A DNA stretch of 63,853 nt, counting the filler, from Vicugna vicugna (taxonomy: Eukaryota): NCBI GenBank assembly GCA_013265495.1. It is 73 parts of 72 records of this genome, joined end to end, with 100 filler letters (N's around TTAATTAATTAA, not from the genome) between each part and the next. Parts side by side here need not be neighbours in the genome. Positions count along the whole stretch, not along the records: positions 25,660 to 26,506 come from MU061305.1; positions 26,607 to 27,371 come from MU061308.1; positions 27,472 to 28,179 come from PNXW01018423.1; positions 28,280 to 29,432 come from MU061310.1; positions 29,533 to 30,273 come from PNXW01018430.1; positions 30,374 to 31,214 come from MU061311.1; positions 31,315 to 31,891 come from MU061312.1; positions 31,992 to 32,486 come from PNXW01018437.1; 65 more parts are not named here. One strand, written 5' to 3'. The position numbers and the translations under genes were made by a program. Position 1 is the stretch's first letter. Every line of letters starts with the position of its first letter. The notes below the pieces were generated by a model that saw nothing but the letters and a program-made list of their open reading frames with translations, was not told the origin of the DNA and made no database searches. Below, piece after piece: positions 25,660 through 37,470 of this stretch.

Positions 25660-26506
25660 GCCAGGGAATGCTAGGGGTGATTGCACGATATCCCAGTGAC
25701 CGAGTCTGCTTCCCCAAGCTCAGGGAAATTATTTCTCGGACTTCCCCGGACAGGGAACACCTGTGACTGAAGAGAGCTGCGTGGAGTTGTCTCTCGAGCT
25801 CCCCCACGCACTGACAATGGTTCCGGAATCCTGAGCGTGGGGAGGTTCCACCAACGGTCGGNNNNNNNNNNNNNNNNNNNNNNNNNNNNNNNNNNNNNNN
25901 NNNNNNNNNNNNNNNNNNNNNNNNNNNNNNNNNNNNNNNNNNNNNNNNNNNNNNNNNNNNNNNNNNNNNNNNNNNNNNNNNNNNNNNNNNNNNNNNNNNN
26001 NNNNNNNNNNNNNNNNNNNNNNNNNNNNNNNNNNNNNNNNNNNNNNNNNNNNNNNNNNNNNNNNNNNNNNNNNNNNNNNNNNNNNNNNNNNNNNNNNNNN
26101 NNNNNNNNNNNNNNNNNNNNNNNNNNNNNNNNNNNNNNNNNNNNNNNNNNNNNNNNNNNNNNNNNNNNNNNNNNNNNNNNNNNNNNNNNNNNNNNNNNNN
26201 NNNNNNNNNNNNNNNNNNNNNNNNNNNNNNNNNNNNNNNNNNNNNNNNNNNNNNNNNNNNNNNNNNNNNNNNNNNNNNNNNNNNNNNNNNNNNNNNNNNN
26301 NNNNNNNNNNNNNGAGCTCCCCCACGCACTGACAATGTTTCCGGAATCCTGAGCGTGGGGAGGTTCCACCAACGGTCGGCAGAGCGTGGGTTCTAACGGA
26401 AAGCCTAAGCTCGTCTCCCCTGAGTGTATTCCTAATATCACAGTGCCAGGGAATGCTAGGCGGGTTTGCAGGTTATCCCAGTTACAGAGGCTGCCTCCCC
26501 AAGGTC
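25660..26506. repeat. Satellite A
   Basis: Matches the A monomer on both sides of the gap. Confidence 0.95.
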
Positions 26507-26606
26507 NNNNNNNNNNNNNNNNNNNNNNNNNNNNNNNNNNNNNNNNNNNNTTAATTAATTAANNNNNNNNNNNNNNNNNNNNNNNNNNNNNNNNNNNNNN
26601 NNNNNN

Positions 26607-27371
26607 GAAGTCAAAGTAAATATTTCAAAGTGCATTGGTAAGTTGTTTGCTTGTTGAAAAATGACTCATGCGCATGTTCACAACTCAAAATGCATGTTTG
26701 AAGAATCCGTGTTGCATGAAACATGTTCAGAATACGGAATTCCATGGTAATGTAAACAATGTAAATTACATGTGTATTGGTGGGAATTTGCTCAAAGAGN
26801 NNNNNNNNNNNNNNNNNNNNNNNNNNNNNNNNNNNNNNNNNNNNNNNNNNNNNNNNNNNTAAAAATTTCTAAGTGAATATATGCCTTGTTTGGTGGATGA
26901 AAGGTCAGTAATCCATGTGCTCACAACTCAGAAACGCATGTTTGCCGAAACCGTCATGCATGGAGCATGTACGGAACCTGGAATGTCATGTGGATGCAAT
27001 TCATGTAAATTACAAATCTATTATTTTGAAATCGCTCCAGAATTATTTTTCTGTGAAAAATGCACGTATTCGGAACTGGTATTAGGGAAAGCTTGTGAAA
27101 ATGTGTACACGTGTCTAGATGAAAGTATTCTTTTTATAGAGGATGAAAGATCAATAATCCACATGCTCTCAACTCAGGAATGCATGTTTGAGGAATCCCT
27201 GTTGCATGAATATTTCGGAATACGGAATGACATGCTTATGTAAACAATGTAAATTACATGTTTATTGGTGAGAATTTGCGCAAAGGGTTTTCTCTAGCCA
27301 AATGTCCGATTTTAGAACCTGGAGAAAGAAAAAACCTATGAAGACAGAGTAAATATTTGTAAGAGAATATA
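26607..27371. repeat. Satellite C with a one-monomer deletion
   Basis: C motifs; monomer-type switch at 27180-27190. Confidence 0.92.
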
Positions 27372-27471
27372 NNNNNNNNNNNNNNNNNNNNNNNNNNNNN
27401 NNNNNNNNNNNNNNNTTAATTAATTAANNNNNNNNNNNNNNNNNNNNNNNNNNNNNNNNNNNNNNNNNNNN

Positions 27472-28179
27472 TGGTGCCACCCTGAAATAGTCTCTATTAG
27501 TAAGGGAATGATCTCAATTTCCTACCAAAATAATATAAATGTGTAAAGGAAGACATAAGAATGGAATTATATTTTGTTAATGAAACATAGTGAATTTCTC
27601 CTGAAGCTGGTTACTTCTGAATGGAAGAGAAAATAAGGGACACACTAATATGAGTATAGAAATCTGTGGAAGGCTTGTGGAAGAGGAAACCTGAGGAAAG
27701 AGTTTTGTACATGGTTAGAATTGGCTAAGTTTAGAATCAAATTGGGCAAAGTAAATGAATCTTAGAAGTAAGCTGGTACAAGAATAGATTTGGTTTTCTC
27801 TCTGTTAAGAGGAAAAACTTTTCTTAAAATGTTAGTCCACCTTCAGTAACAGATTGTAAAACTTCTTAGCTGATCTCTTCTGCCTTTACCTTTGACGTAT
27901 TTTCTTGTTAATGAATAAGTACTACTTTACAGTGATCTATATGTTTATCTGACCAAGTGTTCTGAAATCTTTAAAAAGATCCCCAAGTATCAATTTCTAA
28001 TTAAAGTTCTTTTAATCATAATCTCCAGTTAAGTTTGGGATGCTACAGAGGGCCCCTGAAACATCCCAAGGAGAGATTTTGAACTAGTAAGTTTCATTTG
28101 CCATATTAAATATCATGGTATTGTCAAATGAATTATAAATCTTCTAAGGTTATATTGAATGAGAAAATATTATTAATAT
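27472..28179 (+). mobile_element. Probable ERV1/MER4-group internal non-coding fragment
   Basis: TTTGGGATGCTACAGAGGGCCCCTGAAACATCCCAAGGAGAGA and surrounding AT-rich sequence resemble recalled MER4-type internal sequence. Confidence 0.5.
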
Positions 28180-28279
28180 NNNNNNNNNNNNNNNNNNNNN
28201 NNNNNNNNNNNNNNNNNNNNNNNTTAATTAATTAANNNNNNNNNNNNNNNNNNNNNNNNNNNNNNNNNNNNNNNNNNNN

Positions 28280-29432
28280 TGGTTTAGAGCCCAACCCCCA
28301 CTTTCCCCCACTCTCCAGCCAAGTCATGCCGTCAGGGAAGGCAAGCTAAGGGGTTCTATTAGAACCCAGGCGCTGCTGTCATTTGGAGGAGCCTCCCCAC
28401 AATCAGGATACCTGAGCACATCTCCGTGTGTGTGCTGGAGGTGGGGAAACAGACTCCACGCATCTTTATGGGGCACAGGTGTTACAAGGTTGGGGAAGTA
28501 GTTTAAAACCCTCCACTGCCACAGAGATGCCTTTGCTAATATTTGGCTTTAGAGCCCATCCCCCAGCGTCCCTTACTGCTAGGCCAAGAAAAACACTTAG
28601 GGAAGTCAAGCTAAGGGATTCTATTAAAAGCCAGGTGCTGCTGTCTGTTGGAGGAACCTTTTCGCACTCAGAACCCCAGAACACTTCTTCCTGTGTGTGC
28701 TGGAGGTGGGGAAATGTAGCACACGCATTTTTCAGGGGGCACAGTTNNNNNNNNNNNNNNNNNNNNNNNNNNNNNNNNNNNNNNNNNNNNNNNNNNNNNN
28801 NNNNNNNNNNNNNNNNNNNNNNNNNNNNNNNNNNNNNNNNNNNNNNNNNNNNNNNNNNNNNNNNNNNNNNNNNNNNNNNNNNNNNNNNNNNNNNNNNNNN
28901 NNNNNNNNNNNNNNNNNNNNNNTCTCCGTGTGTGGAGGTGGGGAAAGAGATTCCACGCATCTTTATGGGGCACAGGTGTTCCAAGGTTGGGGAAGTAGTT
29001 TAAAACCCTCCACTACCCACAGAGATGCATTTGCTAATACTTGGCTTTAGAGTCCATACCCCACCGTCCCTTACTGCTAGGAATAGAAAAACACTTAGGG
29101 AAGTCAAGCTAAGGGATTATATTAAAAGCCAGGTGCTGCTGTCTGTTGGAGGAACCTCCCCGCACTCAGAACCCCAGAACACTTCTTCCTGTGTGTGCTG
29201 GAGGTGGGGAAACGTAGCACACGCATTTTTCAGGGGGCACAGTTATTCCATGGTTGTGGGTTGTAGGTCAAACACCCACATCCCATGGATAGGCTCTCGC
29301 ATCATGGAATATAAGGTATTTTATTAGAACCCAGGCGCTGCTGTTAGTGGGAAGAACCTCCCCACACTCTAGACATCTGAACCCAATGCCGTGTGTGTGC
29401 TGGAGGAGGGAAAAAGAGTCCAGTCCACGCAA
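28280..29432. repeat. Satellite D (reverse orientation) with a duplicated monomer block
   Basis: 28421-28745 is nearly identical to 28923-29245; adjacent monomers are ~267 bp apart and much more diverged. Confidence 0.9.
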
Positions 29433-30373
29433 NNNNNNNNNNNNNNNNNNNNNNNNNNNNNNNNNNNNNNNNNNNNTTAATTAATTAANNNNNNNNNNNN
29501 NNNNNNNNNNNNNNNNNNNNNNNNNNNNNNNNTTTTAATTTTTAAACTATTTTAAATTTTGTAACTTTTTTTAAACTTTACTTTTTTTCTTATAATCCTT
29601 CATTTTAGATTCCAGAAAACTGCTCTTCTGCCCACCGCATCCAAGTTCCCTTTCATTGTTTCTCCTCCCTTCCCTAACCTTCCTTCTCTTACCCTTATTA
29701 CCAAGTTTCTGTCCATTCTCTTTATAGGGCAGTTAAATTATTTTTTCTTTCTTTCTTTCTTTCTGTTTTTGCAGAGTGAACACCTTTGCGTGTCAGTGTG
29801 TCCTCCCACATTTCTTCATAATGGCTTCAACTTTCAGCTTCAGTATGGATTACTGGGGTCTGTCTCGAAACAAAGGCATTTCCCTTGTCCCCCAGCTCAC
29901 CACGCCCCTCAAAAAAAAGATTCTGATCTTCGCTGTGAAATGAATCTTCTTTTTCCCTACTGTGCAGTAGACAACACTTACCCTGAGCTCACAGTCAGAT
30001 ATTTCCAGAGGAGTAAAAGTAGGTCATGTGCAAATAATACTACTTTTCTCTGTGAAAAGATATAGGGTCAGATAGAGGAAATACTTAACTCAGATTACTC
30101 AAAAACATTTCCTGAATAAGTAAATTATTTAACACTAAATTTTGTTGAATCTGGTTATCCGTGAGCTATTTTTACCAATCAAGAAGGATATATTTCCTAA
30201 ACTGATACTGAGCAATTCATGTGAAATGAAACTTGCTCACATGAGCTAGTTTAAAGTAAAGGATGCATTATAGNNNNNNNNNNNNNNNNNNNNNNNNNNN
30301 NNNNNNNNNNNNNNNNNTTAATTAATTAANNNNNNNNNNNNNNNNNNNNNNNNNNNNNNNNNNNNNNNNNNNN

Positions 30374-31214
30374 CATGCATTTCTGAGATGTGAACATGCG
30401 CATGACAGATGTTTCAACAATCAAACAATTTACTTACGCACTCTGAAATATTTACTTTGACTTTGTAGCTTCTTCCTATCACCAGTTTCAAGAATCATAC
30501 TTTGATCCCATAAAAACACTCTTGGAGCGAATTCTTCCCTAGAGATATGTAATTTGAATAGATCCCATCTACATGATATTCCGTGTTCCGTACTTGCTAC
30601 ATATATGACGGATTTGACAAACATGCATTCCTGAGTTGAGAGCATGTGGATTACTAATCGTTCATCCTGTATAAAAGGANNNNNNNNNNNNNNNNNNNNN
30701 NNNNNNNNNNNNNNNNNNNNNNNNNNNNNNNNNNNNNNNNNNNNNNNNNNNNNNNNNNNNNNNNNNNNNNNNNNNNNNNNNNNNNNNNNNNNNNNNNNNN
30801 NNNNNNNNNNNNNNNNNNNNNNNNNNNNNNNNNNNNNNNNNNNNNNNNNNNNNNNNNNNNNNNNNNNNNNNNNNNNNNNNNNNNNNNNNNNNNNNNNNNN
30901 NNNNNNNNNNNNNNNNNNNNNNNNNNNNNNNNNNNNNNNNNNNNNNNNNNNNNNNNNNNNNNNNNNNNNNNNNNNNNNNNNNNNNNNNNNNNNNNNNNNN
31001 NNNNNNNNNNNNNNNNNNNNNNNNNNNNNNNNNNNNNNNNNNNCTTACCAATACACATGTAATTTACATTGTTTACATAACCATGGAATTCCGTATTACG
31101 AGCATGTTTCATGCATCACGGATTCCTCTAACATGAATTTCTGAGTTGTGAACATTCGTATGACTGATATTTCAACCACCAAACAAGTTACCTAAGCACT
31201 CTAAAATATTTACT
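30374..31214. repeat. Satellite C (reverse orientation)
   Basis: Reverse complement of the C unit. Confidence 0.92.
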
Positions 31215-31991
31215 NNNNNNNNNNNNNNNNNNNNNNNNNNNNNNNNNNNNNNNNNNNNTTAATTAATTAANNNNNNNNNNNNNNNNNNNNNNNNNNNNNN
31301 NNNNNNNNNNNNNNATGAAAAGAAAAGTAAGCTATTCACACACCTGAAGGAGCTGGTGCACAAGAGTCTTATGTATTCGTCCGCTGGGGCCTCTGGACTT
31401 AATCCCAAGGGACCAGAATGAGGTGAGGGTTTTGGCCTCAAAGGCTCACAGTCAAATGGGCACCTGCTCCAGACTGAGGTTCACTGGAGCTCTGGTTTTA
31501 AAAGCCTTTATTAGCTTTCAAAGCTTTTCAATATCATCTTCTCTTTTTGAAGATTTTTCTTAATTCCAGAAATCATTTCCACTCATCCTGCGTGGCTCTC
31601 TCAATANNNNNNNNNNNNNNTTAATAACATGTATATTGTAGACACCATCATTATTATTTCTATTTGGAAAGGGCTTTCTGTCTAGTGATAAATCAAATCT
31701 CAAGCACACAAGCTTTACATATAAAAATGTTATTTTCCATTTCTTAAAAGGACGTTAAAGCTGCATACAAAACCATCTTCTTAAACAACTGCTAACACAC
31801 AGAGCACAGCTCTGTTCCCTTGCGCTGATACAGCTAGAAGAAATAAATCACTAACTCCCTTTAGTTTCCCTCAAAGAGACATTATTTATAGNNNNNNNNN
31901 NNNNNNNNNNNNNNNNNNNNNNNNNNNNNNNNNNNTTAATTAATTAANNNNNNNNNNNNNNNNNNNNNNNNNNNNNNNNNNNNNNNNNNNN

Positions 31992-32486
31992 CGTATTCTA
32001 TATTCTATACTCTGTGTTCAACATTCTGTGTGCTAAGTTTTATATTAAGTATTCTCTATTATATATTCTAAATTCTGTGTTCTGCTTTCCTTGTTCTAAG
32101 TTTTGGGTTCTATATTCACTATTATATATTCTATATTTGTGTTCTTCATTCTATATTCTGAATACTATATTCTGCATTCCCTATTCTATATTCTATATTC
32201 TGTGTTCTACTTTATCTACTTTCTATATTCTAAAAACTTTATTCAGTATACTTTATTCTATATTCTAAATTCTCCTTTCCGCATTCCAGTTCTAAATTCT
32301 GGTTTTTATATTCTGTATTCTATATTCTATATTTTGTGTTCTTCATTCTATAATCTAACTACTATATTCTCGATTCCGTAGTCTATATTCTATATTCTGT
32401 CTTAATCATTCTATATTTTGAATTCTATATACATTATTCTAAATTCTATATTCTAAATTCTATGTTCTGCATTAATTTTCTAAATT
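31992..32486. repeat. Satellite E heptamer
   Basis: (TATTCTA)n-derived 7-bp periodicity. Confidence 0.95.
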
Positions 32487-32610
32487 NNNNNNNNNNNNNN
32501 NNNNNNNNNNNNNNNNNNNNNNNNNNNNNNTTAATTAATTAANNNNNNNNNNNNNNNNNNNNNNNNNNNNNNNNNNNNNNNNNNNNTCATCACAACAAAG
32601 GCAACACCAG

Positions 32611-33020
32611 CAATTCGAGATAGACAAGACAACACACACAGGAACAGTTCATGGCATCAATGTCTAGGAAAATTTGTCCTCACAGAAATCCCATGCAATT
32701 GTGTAGAGCCAAGAGTCTAAAGTTTTCACTTAACCAAGCCCTAGAAGTCTACATTAGATACCTGAAATTACCTGACCATTAGAGATGAAGAAATACAGTA
32801 AAAGGAAAAGGAAGTACCATTTTCAGTTCCAAAGAGATTGAAGGCCCTAAAGATAAGCTTTCAGACAGCTAGACTGCAAAAAAACGCTCTCCAGAGCAAG
32901 TATTGAAATTGGAGGTGAGGGAAACACTGAAGAACAACAGTGTCTCAGAATAACCAAAGGCAGAATACAAGAAATGGGTAAGAGAAAGCCTAAAGACGAG
33001 CCAAATAATCTCAGAAAACT
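32611..33020 (+). repeat. Unclassified repeat F, copy 1
   Basis: Colinear with the reverse complement of 34882-35287. Confidence 0.85.
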
Positions 33021-33120
33021 NNNNNNNNNNNNNNNNNNNNNNNNNNNNNNNNNNNNNNNNNNNNTTAATTAATTAANNNNNNNNNNNNNNNNNNNNNNNN
33101 NNNNNNNNNNNNNNNNNNNN

Positions 33121-33585
33121 ATTGATTTGAATATTTTGAAGTATCCTTAAACCCAGGGATATATATCTTTACTCATGTATGTTTATCATACATTAAATGT
33201 GTTGTTGAATTCATTTTGCTTGTGTTTTGTTGAGAATTTTGGCACATATGTTCATCAGGGATAATATTCTATTTATTGCATATAATGTCCTTTCTAGCAC
33301 TGTTATGCATATAAAGCTGGCATCATAAAACATGTTTGGAATCTTTCACACCCTTCAAATTCTTGGAAGATTTGGGGAAGAATTGGTGAGAAATTTTCTT
33401 CAAATGAATGACAGTAAAGACCAGTAAAGTCGTCTTGCAAATATTTTCTTGTTTGGGAAGTTTGGATTATTGATTTAATGACTTAACACACCTTTGCTCT
33501 ATTATCTTTCTAATTATTTCTTGATTCAGTATTGGAAAATATATGTTTCTGGGTATTTGTCTTTAGTTCTAGGTCATTCAAATCA
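33121..33585 (-). mobile_element. Old LINE-1 ORF2 fragment
   Basis: TTTTGTTGAGAATTTTGGCACATATGTTCATCAGGGATA..GCTGGCATCATAAAA antisense L1 motif. Confidence 0.85.
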
Positions 33586-33685
33586 NNNNNNNNNNNNNNN
33601 NNNNNNNNNNNNNNNNNNNNNNNNNNNNNTTAATTAATTAANNNNNNNNNNNNNNNNNNNNNNNNNNNNNNNNNNNNNNNNNNNN

Positions 33686-34679
33686 ATGCATGAATCATGT
33701 TCGAAATACAGAACGCCATGGTTATGTAAAGAATGTAAATTACGTGCGTATTGGTGAGAATTCGCCCAAAGAGTGTTTTCTGGTGCCAAATGTCCGATTT
33801 TAGAACCTGGTGATAGGAAAAACCTATGAAGTCAGAGTAAATATTTCTAATTTTATATACGCCTTGTTCGGAGGTTGAAAGGTCTGTAATCCACATGNNN
33901 NNNNNNNNNNNNNNNNNNNNNNNNNNNNNNNNNNNNNNNNNNNNNNNNNNNNNNNNNNNNNNNNNNNNNNNNNNNNNNNNNNNNNNNNNNNNNNNNNNNN
34001 NNNNNNNNNNNNNNNNNNNNNNNNNNNNNNNNNNNNNNNNNNNNNNNNNNNNNNNNNNNNNNNNNNNNNNNNNNNNNNNNNNNNNNNNNNNNNNNNNNNN
34101 NNNNNNNNNNNNNNNNNNNNNNNNNNNNNNNNNNNNNNNNNNNNNNNNNNNNNNNNNNNNNNNNNNNNNNNNNNNNNNNNNNNNNNNNNNNNNNNNNNNN
34201 NNNNNNNNNNNNNNNNNNNNNNNNNNNNNNNNNNNNNNNNNNNNNNNNNNNNNNNNNNNNNNNNNNNNNNNNNNNNNNNNNNNNNNNNNNNNNNNNNNNN
34301 NNNNNNNNNNNNNNNNNNNNNNNNNNNNNNNNNNNNNNNNNNNNNNNNNNNNNNNNNNNNNNNNNNNNNNNNNNNNNNNNNNNNNNNNNNNNNNNNNNNN
34401 NNNNNNNNNNNNNNNNNNNNNNNNNNNNNNNNNNNNNNNNNNNNNNNNNNNNNNNNNNNNNNNNNNNNNNNNTACATGTGTATTGGTGAGATTTCGCTCA
34501 AAGAGTGTTTTCTGGTGCCAAATGTCTGATTTTAGAACCTGGTGATAGGAAAAACCTATGAAGACAGATTAAAAATATCTAAGTCTATATACGCCTTGTT
34601 TGGAGGATGAAAGGTCAATATTCCACATGCTCATAGGTCAGAAACGCATGATTGCCAAATCCGTCATACATGTAGCATG
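33686..34679. repeat. Satellite C
   Basis: Same monomer type on both sides of the gap, about one trimer apart. Confidence 0.93.
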
Positions 34680-34881
34680 NNNNNNNNNNNNNNNNNNNNN
34701 NNNNNNNNNNNNNNNNNNNNNNNTTAATTAATTAANNNNNNNNNNNNNNNNNNNNNNNNNNNNNNNNNNNNNNNNNNNNCGAGGATTTACTGTTCCCCTG
34801 TCTTCACATTCATTCACGCGTCCCACTGCATTATTTGGTCTGCTTCGGACTGAATTGTAGCCCTGATATTATCTCATCCAC

Positions 34882-35287
34882 TGAGTTTTCTGATATTATT
34901 TGTTTCGCCTTTAGGCTTTCTCTTCCCCTTTTCTGGTATTCTGCCTTTTATGATTCTGAGATACTGTAGTTCTTCAGTGTTTCCCTCACCTCCGTTTTCA
35001 ATTTTTTCTCTGGAATGCGTTTTGCAGTCTAGTTTTCTGAAAGCTTATCTTTTGGGCCTTCAATCTCTTTGGAACTGAAAATGGTATTTCCTGTTTCTTT
35101 TACTGCACTTCTTCACCTCTACTGGTCAAAGGTAATATCTCTAATGTAGACTTCTAGGGCTTTGTTAAGTGAAAAATTTGGAATCTTGGCTCTATGCAAT
35201 TCCATGGGATTTCTGAGAGGACAGTTTCTCCTAGACATCGAAGCCATGTCCTATTCCTGTGTTTGTTGTCTGGTATATCTCCAATTG
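34882..35287 (-). repeat. Unclassified repeat F, copy 2
   Basis: Reverse complement shares AAGCCCTAGAAGTCTACATTAGA, TACCATTTTCAGTTCCAAAGAGATTGAAGGCCC and GGAGGTGAGGGAAACACTGAAGAAC with copy 1. Confidence 0.85.
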
Positions 35288-35387
35288 NNNNNNNNNNNNN
35301 NNNNNNNNNNNNNNNNNNNNNNNNNNNNNNNTTAATTAATTAANNNNNNNNNNNNNNNNNNNNNNNNNNNNNNNNNNNNNNNNNNNN

Positions 35388-35413
35388 TAATAATAATAAT
35401 AATAATAATAATA
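35388..35413. repeat. (TAA)n microsatellite
   Basis: Direct reading. Confidence 0.9.
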
Positions 35414-36470
35414 AAAGAAGTCTTAAAACAGCGTTGAGCACATTGGAGAGAGTCGATAAATGCTTTCTGGCTTAAATCAAAAGTGATGACTCAGTGATTC
35501 CATGGCTGCTGTATTTGCTAAGCTAGTTAATCCTTTGCTCCATTACACATTTTTTTAACTGAAAAAGAAATACAAGCAAATGGTTAAAAAAAAAAACTCA
35601 AACAGAGCACAAAAATACACAAGTGAAAGAAGTTTTCCCTACTCTGTTCATTCAGCCCTCCCTGGAGATGCCACTGTTTACTATCCTTTGGGTGCTTTTC
35701 CAGATATGCTTTGTACATTCCCACCTATGTATGTAAATTCCTTTATCGTTTTAGTTATTTTTAACTAAAGGGATTTAAATCCTCAAATGGTTTCTGCCCG
35801 GATAATAGAACAGAACAAGTCTGACTCCATATTAGATCTGTTCCTTTNNNNNNNNNNNNNNNNNNNNNNNNNNNNNNNNNNNNNNNNNNNNTTAATTAAT
35901 TAANNNNNNNNNNNNNNNNNNNNNNNNNNNNNNNNNNNNNNNNNNNNCGCTGTGCGTACAGCCTCAGGGTCCGGTGGCGTGGCTCCCGACAGTCTTCCTT
36001 TTTTAAAAGTTAAAAATAAACATTATGTAATTAATATGTTATATTGTAATTTTTATGTTTCATATTATTTGCATCATCCTTCTGTTTATTTATCCTTTTA
36101 TTTGAGTATTTCTTTTAGAAGTGTTTTGAATTTGTTCTTTGTGCAGTAAGCTTTCTAAGCCATTCTTTTATTTTACTATCACATTTAAATGTCTGGTTTC
36201 TTGAGGTGTAAATTTTCTCTATCTAGCTTGTCTCAGCGTACTCAGACATACCCGTCTTTCTATTTCTCTAGTAAATATATTATTATTTCATTTTTTCTCT
36301 TCTCTTCACCTGCAATGCTTATTCTCTGGATTTTGGCATCTACAATGGTCTTTTGGTGCCTATTTATCTACCTACCCACCTAATTTAATATCTTTATTGT
36401 TTTATGTTATCTACCTAATATCTTTATTCTTTTCTGTTGCTTTTTGGGAGAGTTTATCAGGTCTGATCTT

Positions 36471-36580
36471 TTTGGGGGGCGGAAGGTAACTAGGTTTATT
36501 TTATTTATTTGTTTTACTTTAACGGAGGGCCTTGTGCATGCTAAGCACGCACTCTACCACTTGAGCTATACCCTCCCTCC
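36471..36580 (-). mobile_element. tRNA-derived SINE (Vic-1-like, camelid), internally deleted, with target-site duplication
   Basis: Minus strand GGGAGGGTATAGCTCAAGTGGTAGAGTGCGTGCTTAGCATGCAC (A box), AT-rich linker, C-run, A tail; 17-bp TSD 36454-36470 / 36581-36597 with 2 mismatches. Confidence 0.88.
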
Positions 36581-36792
36581 TTATGAGGTCTGGTCTTCTA
36601 GCTCAGTTTTAATGAATGTTTTAGTTCCTTCTCTCTTGGTATTAGCCTCATCTTTGTTTCATTTATTAGGTTTTTCAGCCATATTTTTTACCTAGTTATT
36701 TTTCTAATGTCTTGTCCTTCATGTTACCAGTATCATTCTTATCTTTTTGAGATTATACTTAGTAAAAAAAATTTTGTATATGTATATATATA

Positions 36793-36868
36793 TTTTTTTC
36801 ATTGAAATATAGTCAGTTTCCAGTGTGTCAATTTCTGGTGTATAACATAATGCTTCAGTCATACATGA
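36793..36868 (-). mobile_element. LINE-1 extreme 3' end
   Basis: Reverse complement matches the L1 tail at about 1593-1660. Confidence 0.85.
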
Positions 36869-36968
36869 NNNNNNNNNNNNNNNNNNNNNNNNNNNNNNNN
36901 NNNNNNNNNNNNTTAATTAATTAANNNNNNNNNNNNNNNNNNNNNNNNNNNNNNNNNNNNNNNNNNNN

Positions 36969-37470
36969 CGCAGCCGCACAGAGCAGCGGAGCTACCGGCG
37001 GCACAGGCAGGGGAAGAGCGGCCCCCCGCCTGTCGGGCAGGAACAAAACTCCTGACCGAGGTGCTCGGAAGGGGCACGACCCGCCCTCCTGCCTGGCCAG
37101 TCTGCAACATCTGACGGCGGCATCCGGAGGGGCAGTGACCCGCCCGCCCGCAGCAGAGGAGAGCTGCATCTGACCCCGTGTTAGGAGGAGGCTCGATCTG
37201 CTTGCCGACAGGTGCTGGGAGCAGCACAGAAGAGGGNNNNNNNNNNNNNNNNNNNNNNNNNNNNNNNNNNNNNNNNNNNNNNNNNNNNNNNNNNNNNNNN
37301 NNNNNNNNNNNNNNNNNNNNNNAGAAACCCCGAACCCCCCTTTTTTTTTTTTTTTTGGTTTTTTTTGTTTTGTTTTCTTTTTTTGTTTTTTTCTTTTCTG
37401 TTTTTGTTTTTGGTTTTTTTTTTTGATCTGTTTTTACCTGTTCTATTTTCAATTACTCTCTTAATTTTTA
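36969..37470 (+). mobile_element. Probable LINE-1 5' UTR (copy 2)
   Basis: CpG-rich block shared with 20171 and 54038 copies, followed by a long T-rich tract. Confidence 0.72.

Noticed and set aside
28421..29245. 502-bp period in satellite D
   Set aside because: The spacing crosses an N gap of estimated length, so the true period cannot be read
29741..30065. Strong polypyrimidine tract plus CAG at 29772-29774 and a 98-aa ORF
   Set aside because: No recognisable protein in any frame; the tract may be a simple (CTTT)n repeat
36530..36577. tRNA gene
   Set aside because: Only a tRNA-like head, with SINE tail and TSD; no T arm or acceptor stem
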